Positions 10,201 to 22,200 of a DNA stretch of 33,429 bases are shown here, one piece after another. Origin of the DNA: Macrostomum lignano. Its lineage: Eukaryota. How positions within the stretch are numbered: position 1 is the first letter of the stretch; the number at the start of each line of letters is the position of its first letter. The DNA lies in NCBI GenBank assembly GCA_002269645.1, contig NIVC01003627.1, forward strand, positions 1 through 33,429, read 5' to 3'. Below the pieces are notes generated by a model. It searched no databases and was not told the DNA's origin. It saw only the letters and a program-made list of their open reading frames with translations. The translations under genes and the position numbers were made by a program.

Positions 10201-13200
10201 TGTGCTGGGCGAGAGACGAAAATTGAAGTACCGGCAATCAAATAACTACCCGTCCTTTTTTCGGACAGGCCTGAATAGCGCACTGCGCTGGCAGGTTCCC
10301 TATGTAACATCCGCAATCTTGGCTATTGTAATTATCTTTTTGGGTATCAGTCCGGAAGCGGTATGCAAGTCTATCGGAGCTGATAGACTACGCAGCTTCA
10401 TGGGCTGCATCATGCTCTTTTACGTCTTGGCTAGCATTCTGTCTGTTCTGGTCTTAAGTCGCCTAGCAATGGTCATGTCCAAGTTTATCAATAGTTTCTA
10501 TAAGAGCTTTTCAATGTTCGCCAATTTCCTTCTCTGCTACATACTACTATTAAGCATTTTTGCCCGACTATTCCAAGCTTCTGGCCGTTTCGTATGGCCA
10601 ACCGACTCGACTTCAGGTAACTGCAGCGGCGGTACCCAGGCCGGCGCGAGACGGTTCAGCTTCGCCGAATCATTCTACCAGTCGTTTCTGCTGACGCTGA
10701 ACGTCTTGGACACCGGGCTTTTCCTACCACAGCCGGATCGAGTCGACCTGCTGGTGACACATTTCTTCTTCGTTCTTCTCGTGCCCACTCTGTTCATCAA
10801 CTTCGTCACCGGCCTGCTGTCATCGGTGGTCAGCGAAACCATGGACAACGACGTAGAAGCCAAGTACCTGTTGAAGTTGAACTTCTGCGAGTACGCCGAG
10901 ACCAGCTACTTCTGGCTCTACCAGCTAGTGAATCGGTTGCGAGGTCGCGAATCTCGTCTGGTTATTTATCTGTGCATGCCGTTGCACCTAAACAGCAAGT
11001 CTATGAAAGTCATCAAAGAGGTTCTGTAGGTGTTCTGTAGATTTTCTTTTAACTTTTCATTTTTTGTAAGTTTGCTGTCAAGAATAGTTGTAGACGGATA
11101 AACTGTACTTATAACATCACAGATAGAAACCTTCTGAAACTCTTATTTTTTACCATTGACGCACTATAAGTTTTGGTAGAATTCATTCTATTATAGTGTC
11201 TTATTTTTCCAATTATAGTCTTTTACTAGTATACAAAATTAGTTACCTCCAATATTTTTTCATCTGTGTCAGCGATGAATATTTATTCCACTTTTGATAG
11301 ATACGGTAAAAATATACCATACTTACCATCAAATTTGCCTCTCTTGTTCGGCGCAATGACGATTGTGTACTCAACCTGCCTTCCCGGCAGTACCGTCACT
11401 TCTTTCTTGCCGCCAACAAATGACAGATTGCTCTCCACCTGATAGAGCAGCTTCCGCTTGGAATTGTTTGGCACCAGCACCACTCGGGTGATTGACTCTC
11501 CAACCTGGCAGTCGAACACCAGATGGTCCAACGCTAGCGGCTTGCGACCGATGCCGCCAAGGACGTAGCAGTGCTCCGTGCCGTCGTCCAAATTAGTTAG
11601 CAGCAGCCGACCGGTGGCTTCGCCTTCGTGCGTCGGCTTAAACGTCAACGGATAGCTGGTGGTTTTGTACGCTTTGGCCAGCAGGTAGTCCGGCCCGTGG
11701 AAGTTGACGCCGTGCATCTCTGCTTTCAGCCGCCAATCGTCCTTAGTCTGGTTTATCACGGGAATGTTCTGCAGGACGGCTTGATTGACGGGACTTTCGA
11801 ATTGCAGCTCGGCCGAGAAGCCCTCCGGAATGACGATGCATTCGACGCGGAATAGCCTGACATCGTCGTTGGCTTTCAAGATAATCGTCACCGGGTAGAC
11901 GCCCGGTCGCTTCGGACGAAACTCCAACGGCAGGTCGAAAGTTGTGACAGTCGGGTCTGAGGGAATTTCAGGGACGGATTATCGAGTTTTATAAACAAAT
12001 GTTCGTAGTTATCAGAAGAGTGAAGTACAAGCCAAGCTTGAATGATCTGTATGGGTGTTCTTATAATTCTTATCCGGACCAAGACTGCCCTAAATCGGCT
12101 CATTCGACGATCAAATACCACTCAAGATCATGCATTCAGCTATGCATTCACCGGCAGTAAAATAGATCAATAAATAGATTTACCTTTCTTCAACGAATTA
12201 TCAGTGCTCCTAGGATGCGGAATGCTGATCACGGATGGAGCACGGAAGTGATGAGAGTCCAGCTCCACTTGAAAGTCGATTGTCTCCTTGCTGAACTGGA
12301 ACTTGCGCTGTAAATAAATAAAAAAGCTAATTTTAGATGCATCGAAAGTAGATTTTGAGTAACAAAGCAGTATTAAGATACTGAAAAAGAACTGCTAAAT
12401 ACCCTTTCAATCGAGCTGTTAGTCTTCTCCAGTTTCTTGCCATCAACGCCAACAGCGCTCAGCATTTCCATGGCCTTCTCCACGAGGGTTCCAGACTCAA
12501 GCGTGCCCGTCACTCGACGCCGTTGCACCTCCTTGAGGCTGAGATGCTGCTGTGCTGCCTGGAGCAGTGCTTTCTCTTTGTATTCGTTAATTAGAGGAAT
12601 TTTTAGCACCTCCTTGACCTCCTTGTTGGCTTCGGTGCGCCAGTACACGATGGAGTGATCGTGTACAACGCTGCTCTGACCGCGGCCTGCGAGAATGCGT
12701 TTGCGGGAAGGTAAACCTCTAATTAACTGTTTTTGAGGTAGGTAGGTTTGATCCAGCGAGTAAGGAAGCCGGAAAACTGACAAATGCGTAAATTAAAGTT
12801 ACCATCATAATTCCTGTTAACTCACTGTGTGATTTGATAAACTGAAATAGTCCCTACTAAAAGTAGCAACCAGTGAACGTACAAACTTAAGGAGATTCAA
12901 ATAAATTAAAACACAATAGTCCCTACTAAAAGTAGCAACCAGTGAACGTACAAACTTAAGGAGATTCAAATAAATTAAAACACAATGATAACTGTACTAC
13001 AAAATGTACTACAGAGGAGTATGTGTCAATCATTCCTGTCAGAAAAATTACCGGACAATATTGTAAATTTTTGTCTGCTTTATACTATCAATAGTGCCAC
13101 TATGAGAAACAGAAAACAAAGACTCACTAGCTGCAACAGCGCTGCTGATTCGAACGGTCTTTGTCGGCGGCGCACCCGGCGTTGCGTTGGCCTCCTCCAT

Positions 13201-16200
13201 TGGAATTCTTGTCGGCACGGGCAGGTCCGCCACCGCCTCGACTCCGTAGACGAACTCGCCAACGGTGGGGTTGCGCAGCACCACTGAGCACTGCTTCTTG
13301 TCCACCTGGAACGGCAGGAAGTTCATGTCGATCTCGGCGCTGCCGCGCGGCGCCAGTCGAATTTCTGGCACGTGACAGAAGAACGATTTCATAGAAACTG
13401 GCGGCTCGGGGCGGCTCTGGGCGCCTTTGGTGTCCACGCTGCGCGGCGGCGGTGGACCTTGCTTGGACTTTTTCCTTTCGATTTGCCTCTCCTGCTGCTG
13501 TTGCTGTTGCTGCTGTTGTTGACGCTTTTCGCACGCATTTAGCAGCAGCTGGTCGGTGCCGCCTTCGACAAGTGACACCGCGAATACGGCTTCGCAGTTG
13601 AACGGATTGACGACATTTAGTCTGACCGGCTTCAACTCGTAGCAATGAGATGCCACCTGAACCGTGCTGATTGGTTGAATAGAATTCACCTGGGTTACCA
13701 AGCGAAACACCTGGGTAGAGCCCTGATGCGGCCCGGACGGTCGGCCGATGAGCAGCAGGACGGCCTCGGCTGGCCGAAGGAATCGGGAGCGAAACTCCAC
13801 GCTGACGGGCACCCGGCCTTTGGGAGGCAGCGAGACGAGGTCGCCTTTCGGCAGGGAGAAGTCGGCGGCGTCCCGGCCGGCCAGGGCTGCCCGGTAGGCC
13901 AGCGTTTTCGCCACCGGGTTCACCAAGGTCACCTGACGCGAACAGGTCTGATGCAGGCCGCCGGAGAAGTCAACGTTGGATTTGATGATGTACTGCGGCA
14001 GGGTCTGGTACAGGTACACGCACAGCAGCATCAGCAGAACCGGATTCGGAGCGGTCAAGTCAAGCGCTTGAACGTCGAAGTCCAGTCCAACAAAACGCAT
14101 AGCGTTGACCACTCGGAGAGAGTTGTGCAGGCACTGCTCAGGAGTGCTTGGGGCGGTGTACATGCCGCGCAGATGACTGTCAATCAGGTAGGGGCAGTGG
14201 GCGCCAATCACAGCAGCCAGGACCAGGCCATCGAGGAGGTCGTGGTCGAAGTTGATTACCCATCGAGCGGGTGGTACCCCGCCTGAAGTAAGAATTGTTG
14301 GTAGGTGTTGGTAGGGATCAAATTCATTGTTTGCAGTGTTCAAATGCTTAAGGAGGACGCTAAATCAGAAAATCGTTTGAAGCTCACTAGAGACCGGTTT
14401 TATGAATATTGATTGACAAGTTTAAAAAGCTCTTAGAAAAATGCCATCGGAGTGAAATTTCTTTTATAATTCCAATATTCTGAAAGATGCGATATTTTGA
14501 GGCTTTTCGATTTTCAAGCTCACCCTTGTCTCCGTCAGTCCAGATCTTTGTCCTGTAGTTGTCGTAGAAATGGTTCAGCCAGGCTAGCAAGATCCGCTCG
14601 TTGACCGTGTACACATTCGATGCCAATGGCGACAGGCTGATGCTCGGTAGCGGCATGTGAGGGTCCGGCTGGCGAAGGTTCTTGAAGCTGCGCGGTGTCA
14701 CCTAGGAAAGAAAGAATAGAAAAAATCCCTTTGTTAGATCTACCTGACCCAATATATTTACTGATTGACCTAACTGATCAAATCCATTTCTATCTGACTC
14801 AAAATTTTCCGCCTTTGACCTACGTAACCAAAGGTATTTATCTGTGAGCTCTGCTACATACAGTTACTCGTGTAAATGCTTTTACTTTCTCATTCGACTT
14901 AGGTGCCTTGATCCAAGCATATCCATCCTCACCTTGTACAACACCAGCGTCTTGAGTATCTGCAGCAGGACATCTGTCCAGGCCCGTTTAGAAACGCATT
15001 CGAACAGCTCTTCATCGCGTCCAGCCTCTTCAACGTCGCGTACCAGACGACCCGGCGAAGGCTCCAATCCGTCATCTTCGATGGACTCAGGTGAGCCGGA
15101 AGCTTCTGCAGCAGAATTTGGCTTCTTAGCCTGAAGTGACTTCCAGCAGCGGTAGTCCTTGGGCTCCATGAGATGCTCTGGCCGGACTGAGGCCAAGCAG
15201 CCACCCTGACTGCGCAGGAAGGTCAGCAGAGTGGCGTGCTGCCAGTAGATCTGCTTCACCCGCTCGGCTGCCTGGCTGGGCAAAGCAGCGCTAATTGGGA
15301 TGCCCGGGGCCGGCCTGCCGCACAGGTGTGTAATCATGTCGTAGATAGTCTTCACTTCGCTTTTACCGCCGCCGGAGTCAAGGGCGGCACCTTTGCCACC
15401 GGCGTTGTTTCCGTCTTTGTTACCGTCTTTGTCGTTCGACGTAGTTGTTTTCTTCTTTCGATTGCTACTGTCGTCTTGCTCGTCGGATTGCTGCTTCCGC
15501 GACAGGCCGCTGCGCATGCTGCTCGGCACCGTGACGGGGAACTGGCCGCCTGGCCAGCCGTAGTTGGTGAACCAGCGCTGGACTATGCTCAGCATGTCGC
15601 TGCGGGTTGGCGGAAGAGCATCAATTGATTTTGTCGGTTCGACCAGATTATCTGACTAGTATCTAAGACCGAAAGCACCAGAAACATTTATTCCAAGCCT
15701 ACTGTAGTATTTTTCTACGATTGCCGAGACGTCAAGGCTGAGAGGTCAGAGGCTACATGTAGTTTATTAAAAAATTCTATTCTTCGTTGGCTCATCAACA
15801 GGGGGCGCTGCAGATTACCATTAGTTTCTAAAACTGAAAACTTTTAATGTTCTACTAAAAACTTACCCGTAGCTCTTGACTAGAAACTAAAAGCGTACTT
15901 TAACAATGGCAATCTCTAGCCGAAACAGGGTTGTCTCCTGAGAGTCTATCTAATTTCCGATTGGCTCTAATTCAAATACAAAACATTTTTTCTTCAGAAA
16001 GAATTTGTTTTCAGTCGGTACTCGAGCACTGTTGTAAAGTACTGACACTGTCAGAGCTGCCACTCACACCTTGTATTTCTACAGCAGCTTAGAGCTGCTA
16101 CCTCTATCACAGAAAATCTAGCTCGTCGCTGGGTACTAACCAAAAAACTAACTCTTTGGCAGAATGCAGCGTTGGCAGAAAATGCCTGGCAACATTTAAA

Positions 16201-19200
16201 AATTGCGACTCACCGATAAAACAGTCCTTCCCGTTCCAGGTGATAGTTCTCATCCACTAGGCCATCGGAGCTGCTCTCCGTTAGGGCATGATCCGGCCAA
16301 CGGGTTTTGCCGGTCTTGCCAACCATGCCGGGAACGTGCGGACCCGACTGCCCAGTGGCTTTGCTACTCGACGCGGGATTGTTCACCGCGCCGTCGCGTG
16401 GCGTGTTGGATGCAGCCGACTCTGTCAGGGTCTCCTCGTAGGAGGTGCTGGAGTCTTCAAAATTGGAGCTGGTCGCTGTGGTGCTCGGCCTGCTCGATGC
16501 AGCTACCAGGCCCGACAGATCCTCGGCTCGACAGGCGACCATCTGCGGCTCGCCAGTTTCAGTTGCTGGCAGTTGCTGAGCAGCTCGACGACCTTCGAGT
16601 AGTTTTCCTTGCTCAGTCACGATGTGATAGTCTTCTCGATGCTTCAAAACGAACGGGTAGAGTGTCAGAAGGCAGTTATCGGCGGTGGCGGAGACGGGAA
16701 GTCGGGTCTGGTTGCCAAAGCTGTCCTGGAAGAGGATCTCCTTGCTGATCGATACCGGCGTGCTGGCCTCGAACGTCAGGCGGCACCTGAGCTCGATCAG
16801 CTGCGCCAACGAAGCGTCACTTCCGCCACCGTTCGCGTCAGGATCTTTTGTGGCCGGGAAAATATCCGGTCCGCGACCGTCGATGTATTCTAGGCGGAGC
16901 GGTTTGATCGGTGAACCGTCGTCGGCTTCGACCTGCGGCAAGGTGAATTCTAGCCGACTGGGCGCAGCGTAGTTGGCAGCCAGTATTGAGAACTGCACGG
17001 AGATGGCCGAGTGCAGCGGGCACGGCGTCAGGGTGAGTGCCGGCGGAACGAAAGTGATGCTAGGCCAGGTGAGCTCGCCTCGCAGGGTCAGGTGATCGTA
17101 GGGGAACTGCCAGTCGTCGTTGATAACCACAGGTAGACGGGCTTTAAATTGGCCTGGGCTCCTTGGTGAGAACTGCACGGTCAGGGTGACTGTGGCTGCG
17201 GGCTCGAGACGGCCGAAAAGGCGACGTCCAGATTCGCTGCTCGCCTCCTCGGGCGCAGCTTCGGTACCCTCGATTGGAGTCAGGCTGAAGCAGGAGTCTC
17301 GGAGGGCCTTCTGACTGTTTGGCAGGTCTACAGCCCATGTGATGGCTGAGTCTCCCGTGTTCTCCAGTGTCAGCAGCTGCAGACGGTTATTCGCCGGTGT
17401 CGCCTGGTTCAACGGCGGTGGCGTCGGCGACACCTGCGCGTCCAGTTGATCCTGGAGCGCCTCAGGCGCCAGCTGGAAGGCGAACTCGCGACGCGAGAGG
17501 CGCAGCACCGGACGCAGGGCGATGCCTTTGACCAGCTTGCGGGGCGTCTGCACCACGGGCACGTGAGGCGTCCAGCCGACGCGACCGCTGCTGCTACTCG
17601 TGGCCGAGTCGATGCGAGACATGCTGATGCCGTCCTTCACGGTGGGCGCTGGCGACGGAGGCACCTACGGTTTGCATGGTTTGGTGTATTTTATAATGAA
17701 TCTTCCAACTACGATACACTATCTACAACTTAAGCGGGATAGTAAGGTCGTACAAATTCTGTTTTAATATATACAAGCTCGCAGTACAAACTTAACTTTG
17801 TACGAATTAGCAACTTACTGGAGTAGCGGCAGGACTCGGCGCTCGAGTGTTGTTGATTACCACCGGCATCAGAAAGCTGTAAGACGCCACTTCCTTGGGC
17901 CGGAAAGTGAGCACAGCTTTTAAAGTCTCCTCAGGACGGAGCGTCACCGTGTGAACTCCAGGATTAGCCAGGTCCTCTGGGCTCGCCCGACCGCCGAAGT
18001 CGAGCGAGAAGTCCGGATACCGTTTCAAATCGAACTCGAGTCGCGAGTCTGTCTGCGTTTGATTGACCAGCTCGAAGCTGATCGACTTGCTCGCGCCAAC
18101 GTACACGCCATCAAAGTTGAACTCTTTTAACGGAATGTCGACGCACGGCGACAGGATTGTGCCGCCCATGCGCAGCTCCAGGTCGCGCCAGCCGCGGATG
18201 GCGACCCGAGTGCCGCAGTCGAACTTTGACACAGCCGACGGAGTAAACGAGATTCGAATCTCTTTCTGTCCGCCGACTGGGACAACGCCGCTTAGCGGCT
18301 CGAGCTCCATGCCAGGCCAGGGCTTGCTGTTGATCACGTGAAAGTACGCGTGGTTCTGAGAATTATTCACCAGGACAGCCTTCTTCACCGTGGTCATGTT
18401 GAGCGGCACCGAGCCAAACATCACGCGACGATTGACGAACTGTACGTTTGTGGGGCCAAACTTGGCCACGCACTTTAAATTCAAATCGTTTCCGCCCTCG
18501 ACGTGCAATCGGAAGTAGCCTTCGTCTGGCGCGTTGAACGACGGCCGAAAGACAACCTCGCAGTCGATGTCTTTGAAAGCTTCGACCACGCCGGCTCGGG
18601 GCCTGATTGAGAAGGCGGTGTGCTGGCGCTCCTTCAGCACCGGCTCCCAGCTGAACTCGGCCGGGTGGTTCAGCCGGTTGTACAGGGTGATGACGCCCCG
18701 GATTCCAGCCTCAGCTGGTTGGCCTTCGCATGGCACGACCTCGAGCTCTTGGGTGCTCAGCTCAAGCTGTACGGGCACAACTTCGGCCAGAGCGATCACG
18801 TGATTTCGATAGTTACCGTTGATCACATAGCTGACGTTTCGTTGGAATCGGCCCTGGAGGGCGGACTCAAAGATTAGCGGCACCAGAGCCTTGGACTTGG
18901 GCGGCACCACCTGGCTGAGCGGGCTGGAGTGGCGCAGCTCGCGGCAGTCAATCTCCACCACCAGGTGGATGCTCGTCTCAAGGTTGTTCATCACTATCAG
19001 CTCGCGGGTGACCACGGAACGAAGGCAGACGACGCCGAAATCGATGGTGCCGGGGGTGATGACAACCTGGTGTAGCTCTTGCGGCCGCAGCAGCATGCGG
19101 CACTCCTCCTTCTCCTTCTGGCTCATCGGCACCGCGCCCAGGCCGTCCTTGGCCGTCTGGTTGGCCGCTGTCTCCTTGACATCCTGGATCTCCTTGGTGC

Positions 19201-22200
19201 TGAGCAGTTGGAACACTTTGTTTGGCGGCTCAGGAGCTGCAAAACACCGAATTAAATAGCAGGAGGTTACTGCTTTGCTATTTTCTGCTTTTAATGAGCT
19301 GGTCAGCAAAAAAATAAAAAACAGGTGAAACATCCGCGCTAAAGTCAGTAGAGGGTAATTTCGGGAATTAAAAAAACTTTTCTGTTGACAAGCTGACCCA
19401 CGATATTGTGCAACATTGATTAAAGGTAAACAAACTTCTCATATGGTTTGTGACAATTTCCTGACCATTGTAAACCATTTTCAAGAGTCCCTTCTGGTGA
19501 CAAATACAACAAATAGCATTGTGTTTAGGTGAAATCTCGATACATATTCCGTGAAAAAGTTATGCGCAGAGGGATGGATAAAATTTGAGTAAAAATAAAA
19601 AAATCCACAAAAGCCTAGATGAACCTCTAACCTGGCCTGACTGGATGATAATATGTGAACTTGGCATTCGCTGAAATGCGTTGAATTGATACAAAATCAC
19701 ATAGCTGAACTTTCATAGCTTTAAAACTGAATCTCATACCTACCCAACCGAATCTCATACCTACCCAACCGAATCTCATACCTACCCAACCGAATCTCAT
19801 AGCTACCCCTGGTACCCAACCGAATCTCATAGCTACCCAACCGAATCTCATAGCTACCCAACCGAATCTCATACCTACCTAACCGAATCTCATACCTACC
19901 CAACCTGAATCTCAGACCTACCTACCCAACCGAATCTCATACCTACCCAACCGAATCTCACCTAGCTACCCAACCGAATCTCATACCTACCCAACCGAAT
20001 CTCATACCTACCCAACCGAATCTCAGGCCTACCCCTACCCAACCGAATCTCATAGCTACCCAACCGAATCTCATACCTACCTAACCGAATCTCTTACCTA
20101 CCCAACCGAATCTCATACCTACCCAACCGAATCTCATACCTACCCAACCGAATCTCAGACCTACCCAACCGAATCTCATACCTACCCAACCGAATCTCAT
20201 ACCTACCCAACCGAATCATACCTACCCAACCGAATCTCAGACCTACCCAACCGAATCTCATACCTACCCAACCGAATCTCATACCTACCCAACCGAATCT
20301 CATACCTACCCAACCGAATCTCATACCTACCCTAACCGAATCTCATACCTACCCAACCGAATCTCATACCTACCTAACCGAATCTCATACCTACCCAACC
20401 GAATCTCAGACCTACCCAACCGAATCTCATACCTACCCAACCGAATCTCAGCCTACCCAACCGAATCTCATAGCTACCCAACCGAATCTCATACCTACCC
20501 AACCGAATCTCATACCTACCCAACCGAATCTCATACCTACCTAACCGAATCTCATACCTACCCAACCGAATCTCATACCTACCTCAACCGAATCTCATAC
20601 CTATAACCGAATCTCAGACCTACCCAACCGAATCTCATACCTACCCAACCGAATCTCAACCCCTATAACCGCATCTCAGACCTACCTAACCGAATCTCAT
20701 ACCTACCCAACCGAATCTCATACCTACCCAACCGAATCTCATACCTACCTAACCGAATCTCATACCTACCTAACCGAATCTACCTAACCGAATCTCATAC
20801 CTACCTAACCGAATCTCATACCTAACTAACCGAATCTCATACCCACCTAAGTTAAGCTCATACCTACCTAACTGAGTCTCATAGCTAATAAATGGAATCT
20901 CACCCGACCTAAACAAATCCCATTGCCATTCAACGCTTCCCTCGAACTCACGAGGCGTATCAGGCCGCAGGTCTTCAAGTCCCAGCTTGACAGGCCTCAT
21001 CCCCATGGCGGGAATCATGCCCATATCTCTGTCATTCTCGAACCGCTTTAATCGCCGGTCCCGCTGAGACACAATGAGATTCTCCGTTCGCTTTCTCTGG
21101 CTATCGGCGTAGCCCTGCTTGTGCTGACGGACGCGCTCTACTTCGGAGTCTTCGTAGGCATAGTCCGGGTCTACGAAGTTGTGTCGCTTCACTCGGGTGA
21201 ACAGGGTGCTGCAGTTGGTATGAGGAGGGATGGTTAGGTGCAACTGATCCACTACTGAAGTTTAGTTTATGAAGTTTAGACTGCTGGGAATATACGAGGC
21301 GTACTGTACTTCGGATAGACAGTCCAAGGGGAACTTTAACGACCCAGCGCCAATCCTCACCAATAGTCCACGTGCCGCTCCGACGGTCGCAGGCTGGCGG
21401 CTCGATCATTCGGGAAGGCGATGCGCGCTTGTTTCCGACGCTTACCGTCGCCGCCGCTGCCCTCGTCGGCCGAGACGGCGTGCCGATGCAGCCGGGCATT
21501 CGTGTGGGCCACCAGCGCCGCCAGCGGAGGCTGCACCGGCCGTTCGTTTAGCTCGTCGAATCGGGTGTCGGTGCACAGGCCGACTTCGTTGGCCACCAGC
21601 GGGGTGATGCCGGGGTTGAAGCGACCGGCTGGCTGAGTGCCGAACACGCGACAGGAGCCGGAGAGGCGCATGAACACCTGTGACGGGCGGGAGTGACAAG
21701 CGAGGTTGAGATTTGGTTAAAGTCGAGGTGACAGCCGCAAGAGGTTGACAGATAATCCAAGAGCTACCTTGTCTACTAAAAAACACGGCTAATAGTAGTA
21801 GCTTTCATTTTTCACGCCAATTCAAACTGAAGTTTGGAAAATGTTTCTGCACGGTTCTACTATGTGAGCTCACCGAATGGATAACATCGAGTCGTCTCGT
21901 TAGCGGATCTTGCCTATCATCGGCCACCTCGCCGAGTATGCAGATCTCCAATTGGACGTCGAAGTTGCCAAACTGCCTCGGGCAGAAGGTGACGCTGACT
22001 GGCAGCTCGCGGCCTGGCTCAATTTGACCTCGCTCTGGTCTGGCATTGAAGTGGGCGATCTTGCGGAACGCGAACAGCACCGGTAGGCCGTCCTCGGATT
22101 GGTTGGCCAGCGTGAAAGCCGCATCGGCCGGGTTGTTCAGCTGGACAGCGCCGAAGTTCACCTCCGGCTTGGGCGAGACTTGCAGAAGGATTGGCAGGGC

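Noticed and set aside
13127-19259. Numerous 60-213-aa antisense and alternate-frame ORFs over CFAP47 exons
   Set aside because: Shadow ORFs expected from GC-rich coding sequence; no recognisable motifs.
19627-20565. MRFGWVG and GRYEIRL periodic ORFs
   Set aside because: Arise from the 21-bp minisatellite, whose unit length is a multiple of 3.
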